A stretch of DNA of 63,791 nt, filler included, from Octopus bimaculoides (taxonomy: Eukaryota): assembly GCF_001194135.2 (NCBI RefSeq). It is 4 parts of 4 records of this genome, joined end to end, with 100 filler letters (N's around TTAATTAATTAA, not from the genome) between each part and the next. Parts side by side here need not be neighbours in the genome. Positions count along the whole stretch, not along the records: positions 25,023 to 54,449 come from NC_069001.1; 3 more parts are not named here. The stretch is one strand, 5' to 3'. A program made the position numbers and the translations under genes. Shown here one piece after another: positions 39,410-53,459 of the stretch (the stretch's first letter is position 1; each line of letters opens with the position of its first letter). The notes under the pieces were generated by a model, which searched no databases, was not told the DNA's origin, and was given only the letters and a program-made list of their open reading frames with translations.

Positions 39410-42400
39410 TATATTGCTTAACCAAAACAGACCCACTCCCTCCAAAATGCTCAAAATTGAAATCATCTTTCTTAGGCTCAACATAAATCATTTGGCGTGA
39501 TCTGAATTTGATATGCACAGACAACTTCAAATTCCATCACGTTAACAACGTGCTACTCAAGATTACCCTTCCTTTTAATCTTTTCCTTATCTTTTTTGAA
39601 AGCCTTACCCTCCTCCTCCAAATGCATATTATTCCAATTTAGATTTAGACTTTAGCTGTAATATTTTTGAGCTTACATTTCATGACTTGTACTTTTTCCA
39701 GGTTGAATTAAGTAAGTATATTATTACTCCTAAAACTGCAATTCTCTTGAGAATCTATTCATTTTACAGGCAATGCTTTTTACGCGTAATTGCTTTTTCA
39801 CAAATGTTTTAACTATAACCGGAAAGTAAATGTTACATTAAAAAATTATTGCATAAAGATGACAATGAGGAACCATTGTGAGTGTGTTATTACTTTTACG
39901 CGCCCCTTTTCTCGCATTAAAAATATTACTTATTCCATATGATTCTCCTTTCACAATTAGATAAAGGAATCTGCTGAGAAATAGGGGAATCTATAAAAAT
40001 AACGTTTAATAACCCTTTTTTTTAAAGCATTTACTTTCGCTTATCCACGATAGCCTTATTTATTTTTTAATATATTAAATTTTCTTTCATTTTCTGTCCT
40101 TAAAAGAAAAGATCATATAATGCTACCTTTAACATAAAACCACTAATTTATGCGCCTAGAAATTGCAACTAAAAGAATATTTCACCTGAAATCCAATATT
40201 TTCATAAGAATTATTAAATATACTTATTTTCAAAATATTTGGAAATCGAAAAATTATTAGTTTGGCAACGATACAAACCAAAATATCCACATCGCATACA
40301 TATCAAAGAAGGACGAAAGAGAAATCTGAGTGAAACCGGCAAAAACATTGAGTCAGTGCTGCGTCTCTTCTCACATTATATCTAAGTTTACTTGCGTAGC
40401 CTTCAATATCACAAGCATTGTTATACGCACTCCTCATAAGTGTTCCTCTCTTTTGTCATAAATTATTTTGTGTTACCGCACCAAATGTATATTGATTTAT
40501 GGAGAAATTAATTATACTAAACGTTTTCTAAAAATAATCGAGGTTATGTTGTTGAAAATGAATTTTTATCCTACTGTTATTCCAGTTTGTCCACATTTGA
40601 TCCGTAAATTTTACGTTATTAGATTTCTTTCAGTGAAGGATTTCAGTTAATGGTAAAGATGGACATTCATCTATTGGTTCCAGCCAGACTCACTGAAATC
40701 GAAAGCTTCAAATCATAATCTTAAATAAAAGAAACGGTAAAAAAGCAGACGGAGAATGGGGAGAATTTAGATGAAAGAATACTTAATTCCACATAAAGCG
40801 TACTTTTGTAATGCTTGGCATTATAGTCAGCAACCTATCTTGGGTTTTATTCACCACGATATAATTGTTTTGTATAAGTGTAGTCTTTTTTTACATTTTC
40901 ACTTCAATTGCAAATACGTTTCTATTCCTGAATATTACTATATTTAATTTGACCATAAATTCTTCAGAAATCGTATTGAATTTTCACAATTTTATTCTGG
41001 ACACAAATGAAATAATTTTACTCACCCATTTTGTGGAAACTTGGAAAATGTTTATCTTATGTATTTAAGTATAACCGTAAGGAACTTTATGAACCCTATG
41101 AATATCCGGCCTTGTCTCTATGTTACTTCATTACTATGACATGCTGTATTAAGTGCAATATAGTAGTTAATATATTAAAATCATGTGCACGTGGTCTAGC
41201 TGTACACATGGACTAATGTTCAAATATTTCCATCTTACTTGTTGTGTGATGGAAGAATGGGAGATTAACAAGGTTTGACAGTCATTTCTGAGATATCGAG
41301 TGAACCTAAAAGTTTTCCTTAAATTTAAGATTTCTTTAGCGTAATTGCTGATGCAGTTGCTCGCTGTACAACAAAAGAATAATTATAGGGGTAGATTGCT
41401 TCAGGCCAGATTGTGTTTGGCTGCGCTTTATAAGTAAATCAAATATCACTTTGAAGTCGGAAATTACTTCTGAAAATATTCCTCATTACGTTTGTATAGA
41501 TATTTTCGCTGCTCGTTCCAGCAACCTCTCTATTGGGACAGCAATTAAGAAAGGCCCCTGTTATAAATCGCTGAGCCTTCTGCAGATGCAGTGTATAAGC
41601 AGAATATAATGTTTAGACAGAGTCGTGTGACTTAGTGTGTTACAAGGTTGTGAATTTGAAATACAAGTAGAATGGCTTCTGTACAACTTCTGTCTACCCA
41701 ATTTCACTCAGAAAGTGGGCTGCAGAATGTATCATTTGCGAAAGAAGATGCTACGCAATGCGAAAGAACTTGTGAAATTATATTTGTTAAGAGACTTCAG
41801 AAACGTTTTGTGCTTCTTTCATATGTATGGATATGTTGGATAAGGTCGAAACAATGACAGAAGTTATAATGTACTATCAACCGTTAAATGTTATTGTTAG
41901 CATCGTCACCACTGTGGCAGCTATTAGGAAAGGCTTCTGATGTGAAATATACAATTCCATACTTCCCACTGATCCTGTACACACTTGTGTTGTCATTCCA
42001 TTTTTAATGTTGGAAATACATCTGGTATTCTGAAAATTCCTATAATTAGGCAATTATTGCCTTTGCTCAAGAACATTATTATAACTGGATAATCTTTTAC
42101 AATTATACTTGTAACCATTTTGGAATAAATTGGTGCTATGAAGACAGACTCAGTATTCTTTTTCTCTTATTGAAGAAGACATATAACATTTCAGCTTTTC
42201 TCCTCCTTCGATATAATGGGTTCTAATAAAGGAACAATGTCGGAAATCTCACTAGGGATCGACATGACGCTGTTTGAATTAGAATCTAGACAGAGATAAA
42301 CAAATGATACAAAGTGTCGATCACCAATTATGTCGTCGTCTGCTATCTCCATTTTCTAGCGATAATAACAATAATAAATTCAGTTCATCATAAAAGTAAC

Positions 42401-43120
42401 TTATGTTACGACACAACTTTCTGTTAGAAATCTAATAATGTATTGCCGAGTAAAGAAAAACTGCTCCAGTATTCCAGCAAAGTCATATGCTACTTGTTAA
42501 AGTAACTATTAAATATATAAGGGAATTGATATTCAGATGAGCTTCTTCATGGTTCAATCCGATTTCACAAAAACACAACGCTCCTCACGATCTGATCTCA
42601 TTTTACGAGTTTATTTGATAGCATGCAACAGCAGAACAATTGATTTGCGATAGAATGTTACATAGCAACGTAAATACTTAGTATTAGCTGTTATTCTTAC
42701 AAAATGTCACATGCAATTAAAATTAGCACAATGGGGTGGAGACGTTGGTTAATTAGGATCTAATAAATCCTATAATATTTCCTACATATCCTATAATAAA
42801 TCCTATATAGGATCTAATAAATATCCTTCTCTCGGTAGAGAGAAGGATATTTAATTAACATAAGAGATTCTCAAAATACAAAGGGTTAGATACAATCGCT
42901 AGGGTATGAATAAAAAATAGTATATATAGTAAGAAAATACATCAGATACTGAACGCCTTAGATTGTCAAAAGTGTGAACTGCAGAGGAAAGAAACCATGG
43001 GATTTCGCATATTGTGGGAGATTAAGTGCGGGACTATTAAGAAATCGTGTACGTACGTAATTTCCATGATATCTATATGTAGAAAAACACGCACATACAC
43101 TTACTGGAATACACGCACAG

Positions 43121-43167
43121 TTATACACGTATATACACGTATATACACGTATATACACGTATATACA
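43121..43167. repeat. Short tandem repeat, 10-bp unit ATATACACGT, about 4.5 copies
   Basis: Read directly from the sequence. Confidence 0.9.
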
Positions 43168-43232
43168 CGTATATACAGTGGAATCACTGTGGGTTAAGAA
43201 AACAACACATATACATAAAATACAGAAAAAAA

Positions 43233-46200
43233 TCTATATTTATAAAATTGAGTTTGTGTATGTGTCAGTGTGTCAGTGTGTCTGTGTGTGTAGACATTTA
43301 TGTTTTTTATAGAAATCTACATTCAATGTCCGATTGACCTCAAATTTTATATACATACTCCATAAGGTCAGAGCTAGGTCATGGCGAAGAAATGAACCCC
43401 ATGACCTGCACACATGATCGGGGGCATACTCATAAAGTGACCTTATGCTCACATATGTTGCTGAACTTTTGTTTACGCCTTAATTACACCGTTTTACACG
43501 TTAATGTGTTATTATGGGGGGGGGGGGGAGAACAAAACACGTTTTGCACCTCTAGCTACAATTTTGACACATTTTCTGTCCCAATAAATGAAGCACTTAC
43601 CTTTTCTTTGCCAGGGTTCAATGTAGTGCTACCTTAAAAAAATCCCTTGCCGAAGATATTTAGTCATTACATCGTTACACTTTTTACTTTGAAGAAAGAC
43701 AGCAAAAGAACCCATGTTCCATACTTTTTGCAAGTTCCAATGCGTAACATTGAGCAATAGGCGTTCTTAGTCGAGGGCCATAGCGGTGGTTCGTTGTAAA
43801 GCAACACGTCAAAGCTTTTGAAGCCCTATTGTTGCTTGCAATAGCTTCTCCGTTAATCACACCCATGCCTTAGCTGCTGCGTGTGGAGATAGAGGCAACA
43901 AGGCGTGCATTATCACTTTTTGCACCCCTACTTATCCTATTGACACTCGTTTGGCGCACTTAATTAAGCAAAAGTCATCCTTTGCCGGGGCTCAATGCAC
44001 TACTACTGTACACACTTCCGTTGCCAAACTTTAATTCAAATATACTAACGCTAAACTACACTATTTGGAGCACCAACGTTTTAGTTCTTGCCAAGTCCAA
44101 TGTTTAAAATTGTGCACTCAAATCCATTCTTAGACACTGTTCATTCCTAGACAAGGATCACTGCGTTTCCGCGTTGCAAAACAAGGTCTTGCAACCCACT
44201 TACTGACTGAAGTATCGTAAATCCCTTGAAACTTCGACAATGAAAATACTGCGTTTTTGCTTACTGCATTCAAAATGAACCGAAGTCAGGGCGCTATTTG
44301 AACTCGGTTAATGCAGTCAGCCCATGCACCGATTTACATTGCACTTAGCTCGACACATTATGTATGGAATCAGCAAAAAAATTCAGTATTTATATGTTGA
44401 CGGTTCATGGGATTTCCGGTAGCTTCTCCTGATAATCAATTTTAGGTTAGACTCGGTGGTAAGATCGCTACTAAAACATTACTTACGACTGCTACGGCGC
44501 CCATGTTACACTCAAACGTCCTATAGGAGGGGCAGGCTGCTTTCCAGCTTCCTTGAGGAGACATTGGGCTACATTATACTACATAATTACACATTTCGCA
44601 TCGCGGGAAAAGGTAGACCGGCGTTAACGGGTTACCGTTGACGGGTCAGCCACTTATTGCAGTTCGACCGTGATACGATCTCTATTGCGTAGCCCTCCCT
44701 TTTCGTGACCTCGGGCAATTGGCCATCCCCTTATGCACGTGTTCATGTGTCCCTTTGGGTTATTTGACTTTCGGGATCGATTTCCCTGTATATCAACAAA
44801 GGCTCTGTTGCTGCTGTGTTCGGCCTTCAACCAGATGGAGTCCGAGATGAAATAACTCAATACCAAGTAGGTAGGTTCATAAGTAGTAACGAAGCCTTCT
44901 GGCGCATTTTCGGGTTTCCACTTCATCAAAGGCATCCGCCAATCGAGCAGCTTGCAGTGCACCTTGAAAACGGCCAGCGTGTGTACTTCACCGCTTCCGC
45001 TGCTACTCGACTGATTGAGCAACCAAAACATACATCAATCACGGCTTTCTTCAAACTCTGTCAGGTAGACCTGTTTGCGCAAGATTTGCTTTATCCTCAA
45101 ATCCTGTCATAGTACACATGGAATAAGTGTAAGTGGGTGCGAAGGAAGTCAGGCCGAACCATTAATGGTCACCCTGATATTAAATTTGATAATTGCCTCG
45201 GCAGAGTGTACACGGTTCACCCGGGCCAAGAAGAATGCTTGTATCTCCCATTGCTACTTCACGAGGTAATGGGTTCAAAGTCTTTCGACCAATTAAAGAT
45301 CGTGAACGGCCATACATGTGCTACACTCAGGGAAGCCTGCTAACTATGTGGGCTGCTAGAAGACGGTACGCAGTGGGATGCTACGCTTGCGTAGGCTGCT
45401 GTTTCACAGTCACCGAAAAGTCTCAGATCTCTGTTTTCTGTACTCCTGCACATTTGCCAACTTGCCGATCCCCATTCATTGTAGTTAAAGTACAGACACG
45501 ACTTATCAGAAAACTTCCATTACCAGGCGCAACTGCATCATACCTGCCTACCTGCTGAAAATGATTTCATTTACAACTGTGCTTTACTTGACATAGAAAA
45601 CAAGACTGTTTCTCTGGGAGGTAATACCTTACCTACATACGGGCTGCCGCAACCATTGCACCACTGGACGCCTTCAATACCAACAGAGTTAATACATGAA
45701 ACGTCCTATGACACTGATGCCCTTTATCAATACATTCAGCAAAATGAGCCCAAACTTCTGCCTGGGCAACAGTGGGGTTACAGTACCATCTTTGACTACA
45801 TGCAGAAACGAAAAGGTTTTTTTTTCTTGATGCACCTGGAGGGACCGGAAAAACGTTCGTTATCCAGCTTCTCCTTGCTAAAGTAAAGCACCAGAAAGAC
45901 GTAGCCGTAGCTGCGGCCTCCTCTGGCATTGCAGCAACTTTACTGCCCGCTGGCAGGACAGCGCACTCAACCTTTAAGCTACCATTTGATTTGGCAAGGT
46001 CTGAAAACGGCTTGCTTCTTCGGAGTTGCCAGGTGATAGTTTGGGATGAATGCACAATGGCCAACAAGCGATCCCTCGAAGCTCTCAACACCACTCTTCA
46101 AGACATCAGAGAATGTCCCGCTACGATGGGTGGTATAACTCTCCCCCTGTCTGGCGATTTCCGACAAACGCCTCTTGTAATACCCAACGGAACCAGGGCA

Positions 46201-47379
46201 GAAGTAGTCAGGGCCTGCCTAAAGTCCTCCCCCGTGGAAAAATGTTACAACATTGTCTCTCAAAACAAACACGAGAGCGCAGCTTCGTGGTGACCAGGTG
46301 GCATCAGATTTTGGATCTGACATATTATGAATCGGAAACGGTATTTTTACGCTCGATGAAAACGGAGAACTGTCACTAACTCACCTCTGCATCACTGTCA
46401 GTAATTCCGATGAACTAGAGGCACGTGTCTTTCTAAATCTACAAAGGAACTACCTTGATATGAATTGGATTTCCGAAAGAGCCATTTTGGCTCCAAAAAA
46501 CATTCACTTCCCGGAAGGCTGCACGTGTACGGGTCAATCGATTCTGTACCCGACGACGACCAGACAGTGAACGATCCAGTGCATTTTCTTAATTCCTTTG
46601 ACCCACCTGGATTGGCTCCTCATACACTGGAAGTTAAAGTCGGAGCTCCTGTCATGCTGCTGAGGAATTTAGACCCTCTAATGTTTTGCAATGGTTATAA
46701 AGAAGGCTATGCAGTACGTTCTTCAAGTCACCATTTTGTCCGGCTGTGGCAAAGGAGAGGACGTTTTTATCTCCAGAATCGCCCTCATTCCATCTGGTGC
46801 AGATATTTCCTTTGCATTTCGCCGTCTGCAGTTCGGTCTTAGACTATGTTTCGCAATATCAATCAATAAGTCACAGGGGCAGACACTCTCGGTGGCAGAG
46901 CTGCATTTAGATGGGAAAGCAAAGAAAGTCTCTTCGTTTACTCACCTCGGGGTAGAACGAAAAATATTGTCTACCAAGAGGTATTAGGATGAGACTTCGT
47001 AACTGTTTACGCTGTGAAAAGGTAATGTACAGCTTCACAAAGCAGCTAATTTGGACATCATTCTCTCAGCCGTGTGTAATGGGCTTTACATGCGCTTTTA
47101 CTCTAGAACTAACAGCTCACAGAGAGGTATACAACACGAGTCACTACATGGACGGACAAACACTTATTTGTCATAGACTTCGTGATGTCAGATTGCATTG
47201 TGAACTCTAACCTAAATAAAACCTTAACCTAATAAAACTCTATAAAACTTTGGAATTCCCAATTCATTTTTGCACTACCGATTGAGGTCTGGACTGCTGT
47301 ATTGTAGGCTGACAACATAACTAGACCCTCTAAATATTTATTACTTTCTGACCCGTACAACGCCGGGTATTATTGCTAG
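43233..47379 (+). mobile_element. Helitron with both termini, defective (4147 bp)
   Basis: 5' TC at 43233 preceded by A. 3' hairpin ACCCG-TACAACGC-CGGGT at 47351-47368, then CTAG ending at 47379 followed by T (A|T insertion site). Contains RepHel fragments. Confidence 0.88.
44790..46987 (+). pseudogene. Helitron RepHel (post-Rep linker plus PIF1-type helicase), fragmented
   Basis: DEITQYQVGRFISSNEAFWRIFGFPLHQRHP..LAVHLENGQRVYF; LGRVYTVHP..EECLYL; TLREAC; frameshifted Walker A (FFL)DAPGGTGKTF; IVWDECTM; GDFRQT..VI; GAPVMLLRNLDP; FAISINKSQGQT. Many stops and frameshifts. Confidence 0.95.
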
Positions 47380-48879
47380 TGTAGAATAATATTAATGCTA
47401 TATCTTCGTTAGTAGACACAAGAACTCATTTTTCAACATGTTAAAATATAATCAATAATTTCTGATCCCTTAATGCATAAGTAGCGCTTGAGATTTGAAG
47501 TGGTCAATACCCTTTCTTACTGAATTACTTTTTAGAGCCTGATCTTGTTAAGCTGCAAACAAGTACTTCGTTCTCACCTTACAGGGATGTCCATGCCAGA
47601 ATCATTCTCATGAGGGATAATGCATTTTTTCGTTCGTGGCGTCTCCGGAACTCTATGTAACTACACTTTATCTCAGCGCTTCCATTTTTTCACAATGTAT
47701 CTTGCATTCGTATGCCCCCTTTTAAAACATTTAATTTCTAAATATCTATTTCTTTGTTCTACTGATGCATGTTTAAGTAATACATCATTCTTCGCAAGAA
47801 AGTGGTTTACTAATCTTTGTTCTACTTTTACACAAATGATAGACAATTGCAATTGTAGGAAGCGGTCCATGCGTTGTTAGTGTTTTTCTTACTTTTCTGC
47901 CTGATATATCAGTATGTTATTTTGTCCAATCCACTATTCCCACCATATACCGCACGATAGCACACGACAGTACGTTGATTGCATTTATCAAATAAGTTGA
48001 ATTAAGTTTGCACTTTAATATATGATTTAATATTTTCGAATATATTGTTTCACTTGTTTTTCATTTCTTCGTGCATAATATTAACTTCAATATACATAGA
48101 TACGTGCATGCATTGTCATTAAATTCTAAAATCCATTTTCCTTCTAGCTTTATTCCATTAAAATGACTTCAGTCTTCTAATATGCGAGACGTCAGTATTG
48201 TTGCAACTCACCTTGACTGTATCAACAAGTGAATTCGCTTCATTGCCACCTTTACTGTGTTAACAAGAAGGAAATAAGTCTACTTTACAAATATCCTTTA
48301 TTACAGACTTCTGGACTAATGTCGACTCTGCTCTTGTGTGAGGAATGGATCTTGCTATCAGTCGAAGCTATTGCGATAATTGCACCGACACCATTGTTTA
48401 ACCGAACAGAGAAGGTAGTTCACTGTCAAGTGACTATATACAAAGATATGGAATGTATAAGGACAAAACAAATCCTCTTTGGTAAATCTTTGATCGACTT
48501 TTAGGTCAACCTCGAAAAGGAAGCGCAGTGTGGAGATGAAAGTAGTGTCCCTGAAGGAATTAATTAGAAAATAAGTGAGATGGTTATGTGGCAAGGCTGG
48601 ATGGGATCGCTCTATGCATAATACTACAAGACGAAGAACAACAACTGGAAGGAGGACGTACCTTGGTGGTCAATGTGTTATTATAAGTGTAGTGTTTCTC
48701 GATTCACCCTAAACAAAAACCGTCTAGTATTAGGATGACGACAAAGTTATATTTCATTATTTACAAACTTTGTAGACTTGTATTCTGTTTGTCCCTCATT
48801 CAGTTTCGCTACTTAAACACCAGGGAATTTATGTGTGTTTTATCAAATGTTACCCTCATCTCTCTCACTTGTGGTAAAT

Positions 48880-49000
48880 AGGAGCCGAGCTGGAAAACTT
48901 CTTAGTGTCGGAAAAAAAATTTGGGTTCTGGTTCTTTAAGTTCTGGGTTCGAATTCCGACGATATCAATCTCGCTTTTTATCCTTCCAGCTTCAACAAAG
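48880..49000 (+). mobile_element. Degenerate SINE head fragment
   Basis: GCCGAGCTGG...GTTCTGGGTTCGAATTCCGACGA...CGCTTTTTATCCTT resembles the 5' part of the 25095-25317 family. Confidence 0.55.
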
Positions 49001-49954
49001 AAATATTCTCATCTAGTATAGGGAAACGCAAAATTATGAAAATTTAAGATACAAAAAGTCCTTTGATTCCAGAAACTTATTATAATTATATCTTTTAATT
49101 TAGTAGTGAGGATTAAAAAATTGTTTATCCTTCTGCCTTTGTTTGCTGTTTATATATTAATTGAAAATAAACCGCACAGAGATTTGCACGAGCACATAAA
49201 GGTTCATAGAGAAACCGTAACGAACATCTACCTGCACATATACGCACAAACACGCAAACACATGTACACACAAGCACGCAAACACACACACGCAACATAG
49301 ACACACAAATGAAAGCCATCACACGCAAACACACGCTGATGTGTAATGAGGCTCATAATAACCTACAACGTCAAACCATTGAGACATTTCTCTGCAACCA
49401 CATTTCTAGGAATCAATGATAAGAAGCGAAAGAAAATACAAATTTAGATAGATTATGTGAAATTTATAAGGACGTACATACATGAATACAAAGTTCTGGA
49501 GAAAATATATCGTAAAATAAAAGTCTAATAAATCTTTATTTAAAAGTTGAAAATATTGATAAAAAATTAAAATACAATTTAGAATTTTAATTAAAAAAGT
49601 TACGTAAATTTGTTTTGATTTCAAAATTAAACAATTAGAAAATTAAACAAGGTATATTGGTATATGTAGCTGAGTGTTCTTGTGTAATGTGGTTTCTAGC
49701 AAGTTGCAAGTTATTGACACTAATCGAGTTCATCTGTTACAATGAAAATATGATAAAAGTTTGTTTCTATGGTGAAACAAAATTGATGTGGCATTACATA
49801 GAATTCTCTACTGTATATTAGTATTTATACATAAGTACGAATGTGTTGGTATATGTGTATATATTAATATACGTTTATATACACATATACACACGCACAT
49901 TTGTTAAGCTTTCGCCTCTCACGTTATGTTCTTTTTGTACTCACTGCCTATAAA

Positions 49955-49984
<30 letters not shown>

Positions 49985-49986
<2 letters not shown>

Positions 49987-50090
49987 GAGCGTTCGCTCGA
50001 AACGTAAAAGACTTTCTCACTTTCTCGAGCGTTAAAGTAATACACCTGTTTGTTGTTTACACGCCTGTCTTCGTCTTTTGTTTTTTGTCC
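49985..50090 (+). repeat. Second copy of probable PLE terminal fragment, starting within (TA)n
   Basis: ATGAGCGTTCGCTCGAAACGTAAAAGACTTTCTC...; co-linear with 5715-5817. Confidence 0.6.
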
Positions 50091-51055
50091 TGTCCTCTCA
50101 GTTGAAAAATAAACAGGTAAATTGACATACTACAATGTCTGCAAGTTGATGCGTACCACATATTCCCCTCCATTTTCTTATTGCTATATAAAGCAAGGGT
50201 AAAATTTCCTTTTACCCGCAACCCATTTATTACACACGGTAAAAACACTAGTGTAATAGTAATTGGGTATCCCTCCGGCGGCAGTATATTGGATACATAT
50301 TATCCCTTAGTGGGTTGGATTCACAACCNNNNNNNNNNTATATATATATATATATATATATATGATACATATGATATATAATTAATATATGTATGATATA
50401 TATATGATAAATATACAATATATATATGATATATAATATATATATATGATATATATAATATACATATACATGTATGATATGTATATGATATATACATAAT
50501 ATTTATATATGATTTATATGTAATATATATACTTAAATATATAATACATATATATATTTCATATATGTATAATATATATATGGTATATATAAATTATATA
50601 TATATGATATTTATAATATATATATATGATATAACAAACTGAAAATAGACACGTGCACCCTAATCTCAGCAACGTATAGAAATAAACTTAAAATCTTTCA
50701 CGATCAATACATCTATTTACACACTGGTTCAGAAACATTTAGGAAAATACAAGCACCGCCATATAACGTATTTTTAACAATTGGCGGACAATACCTGACA
50801 AGAACAATAAGTTTGTACCAGCATCTCATATGGCTCCACGTCATTCATTCTTTGAACTTTATTCTGCCATCTTATTTCCTATAATTCATGTTATTTATTT
50901 ATATTTATTTCAACAGCCACATTTCTCTCTGCCTCCCCGTTATATATCCCTCACTGACAGAGGTTAACCTACTTTAATCGTGCATAACTTCTATTTTGGT
51001 CTACCTCACATTGAACCATTGCCTTCACCTGCCACTTCAATGTTACTCTTACAGA

Positions 51056-51390
51056 GAGGGCAGCGAACTGGCAGGGTCGTTAGCACATCGGGCGAACTGC
51101 TGAGAGACATATCATCTGCCTTTACGTTCTGACCAAATGTGTAGTGTTTTATTTTCCTACAGTGATATATGAAATATCTTAATCACGAGAATATTTCTTT
51201 GTCTTCTAATCATATAGTATTGAAGTGGCAGGTGAAAGCAAGGTGTTTGATTGTGAGGTAAACCAAAAAACATTATGCACGTTTCGTGGTCGATAAAATA
51301 AGTACCAGTTGAGCATTGGAGTTGATGCAATCGAGTTTTCCTCTTGCCCGGAATTGCTGGCCTTTTGCCAAAATTTGAAACCAGTGTTAC
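51056..51390 (+). mobile_element. SINE split by about 140 bp of unrelated sequence
   Basis: Head GGCAGCGAACTGGCAG..TCGTTAGCAC...TTTACGTTCTGA (51056-51132), resuming as TTTCGTGGTCGATAAAATAAGTACCAGTTGAG at about 51281. Confidence 0.75.
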
Positions 51391-53242
51391 TCTTAGAGAG
51401 AAATAGCAAATTCTCTTTTCGAGGGACGTTAGATCGGTCGTTTAAAAAATTATATTTGAACAGTATTATTCAAAGTACTTATATTTGTTGTGTAGTGTTT
51501 GATGTACCCGTGGAAATTCTACAACCTATTTTCTGGTGCAGAGTCAGACATCTCCCCACTTGGCAATAACATTTTATCATTTCGTTCTTTTTATTCATTT
51601 CTTGAAAACTTTGTTTATTCTATTCACGCTTGTCTTCTCTTTTAGGCAGTTTTCTCATTCTGTCTGTGAAGATTTTCCATATTTTGCCTTCTTTCCTGAT
51701 TAACAATTTTCATACCTTTCCTCCTAATTAACAATTTTCCTGATTAACAATTTTTATTCTTTTCCTCATCGTTTCTGATCCTTGTTTCCTTTTCTCCTAA
51801 TTCTTATGTCTTCCCTTTGCTTTTTGCGCAACCTCTTCCGAAATCTTCTAAGACCCCCCCCCCGCTTCAGTTCTCATTGTCCCTCTTTATAATTGTTATA
51901 CTGTTATACCCTGTATATTTAACACATCCTACTTGGCTTGGATATGTTGTTAAGAAACTCCTAGACTGCGGTAGTCGTTCTGAGAAATCTCGTATAGACT
52001 TTCGATGCTAAAAAGCACAGGTTATATCGGTTGACGAAATTTGATTGTAACACGTGATTCCATCGTAATTTGCAAATCATTAGCAATAGGTACCCGATCA
52101 TCGAATGTGAGATCGAAGGTCCGTGAAACTGATGTAGAAACTGAGTAAACAATCGGTAATGTCGCAAAAACCTATCCAGGTTACGGGTATTTACTACGAG
52201 CTAACCAATGTTTTCCCAATGTATATTGACGTGCAGTAATGCAAATGAATTGTAAATATTTACATAAAGACACTTTGAGCCTATTATACGGTGACGATGA
52301 TTTTATGCAAAATGTTCATCTCTAAATATTGAATAAGATAACAATAAAAATGTACTTTTCGTAGTCTTTGAATGAAAGGTGAATGCTTTTTTAGTAAAAC
52401 GCCATGCATGCTACGCCAAACAATATCTCACCAAAATTAATTTCTACCCAAATTGCAAAAAACAAAATAACGAAATTTTCTTCTATTTTCTTTTATTTTT
52501 GAGGTGTTGTTAAAAATTAAAGTCAGATTTTATCTAATTTTAAAGGAAATTATTTTAATCATATTACCACAGCCTAATTTTATTTAATTAAAATCACTTT
52601 AATTATATTATTAAAATTTATTGAAGCTAAAATCCGAATTGAAACGATAATGAAAATTTGAACAGAAACAAAACAAAAAAAAAAATTATATATATATTTT
52701 TTTTTTTCTTAAAAGGTTTCTTTTTCCTTTGAGATAATTAAACAAGGCCTAATTTAGTATTCATTCGTCTGCATTCACTGTTATCCATGTTGGTAGGAGG
52801 GTTGATTTGACGTTGTAATTATTTAGCCCGTGGCCAGCAATGTCCACGCAGAAATACTATGGAAAGCTTTCTATCACCATTTGTATTTTATGTAGATAAT
52901 GTCTCATTTAAGACCATGCCATCCATGCTGCAAAATCTGAAGAGTAAATAAAGTCCAGCCGGGTAAGAGGCCCTGATAGCCTGAAAAGAACATCAAACAA
53001 ATGTTATCTCGACACTAAATAGCTATTCTTGTACAGACACAGCGCATGTATTCCTCATAATATTGACAGTCGAACCTGCTCACTACTCAGACGCATGGTC
53101 ATAATTTGCCTGAATATTTTAAAAGTACTACAAATCCCAGAAAGAATGAGGTACTTTGAATAAAATAGTTTTGCGTTCCGTCAGTCAAATTAGACATTAC
53201 ATTTCCTGTCTCAAGAACAATAATTTACGTAACAACGATGTA

Positions 53243-53459
53243 CGAGGGCGTGCTGCAAATTTCCTGGCTTTGGGTAAAAGAAAATATAGGAAGATCATTT
53301 AATTATGATTCTATTCAACATATTCCCCTCTCAGATTCACACAGTTATTGCAGCAGTCCTTTAGTTTTTCTAAGCGCTGTAAAAGAACTCGGAAGGTTGG
53401 GCCTCCAGCCAGTCTTTTCGTGAAACCCTTAAAGCCAGGAACTTTTTTGCACTCCCTCG
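53243..53459 (-). mobile_element. Mariner-derived MITE (about 217 bp)
   Basis: TIRs CGAGGGCGTGCTGCAAATTTCCTGGCTTT and the inverse of AAAGCCAGGAACTTTTTTGCACTCCCTCG. Minus-strand remnant LEKLKDCCNNCVNLRGEYVE* is a mariner C-terminus. Confidence 0.85.

Noticed and set aside
48309-48416. Possible exon TSGLMSTLL...TEK with AG/GT ends
   Set aside because: No similarity to the GABA-B exons expected downstream.
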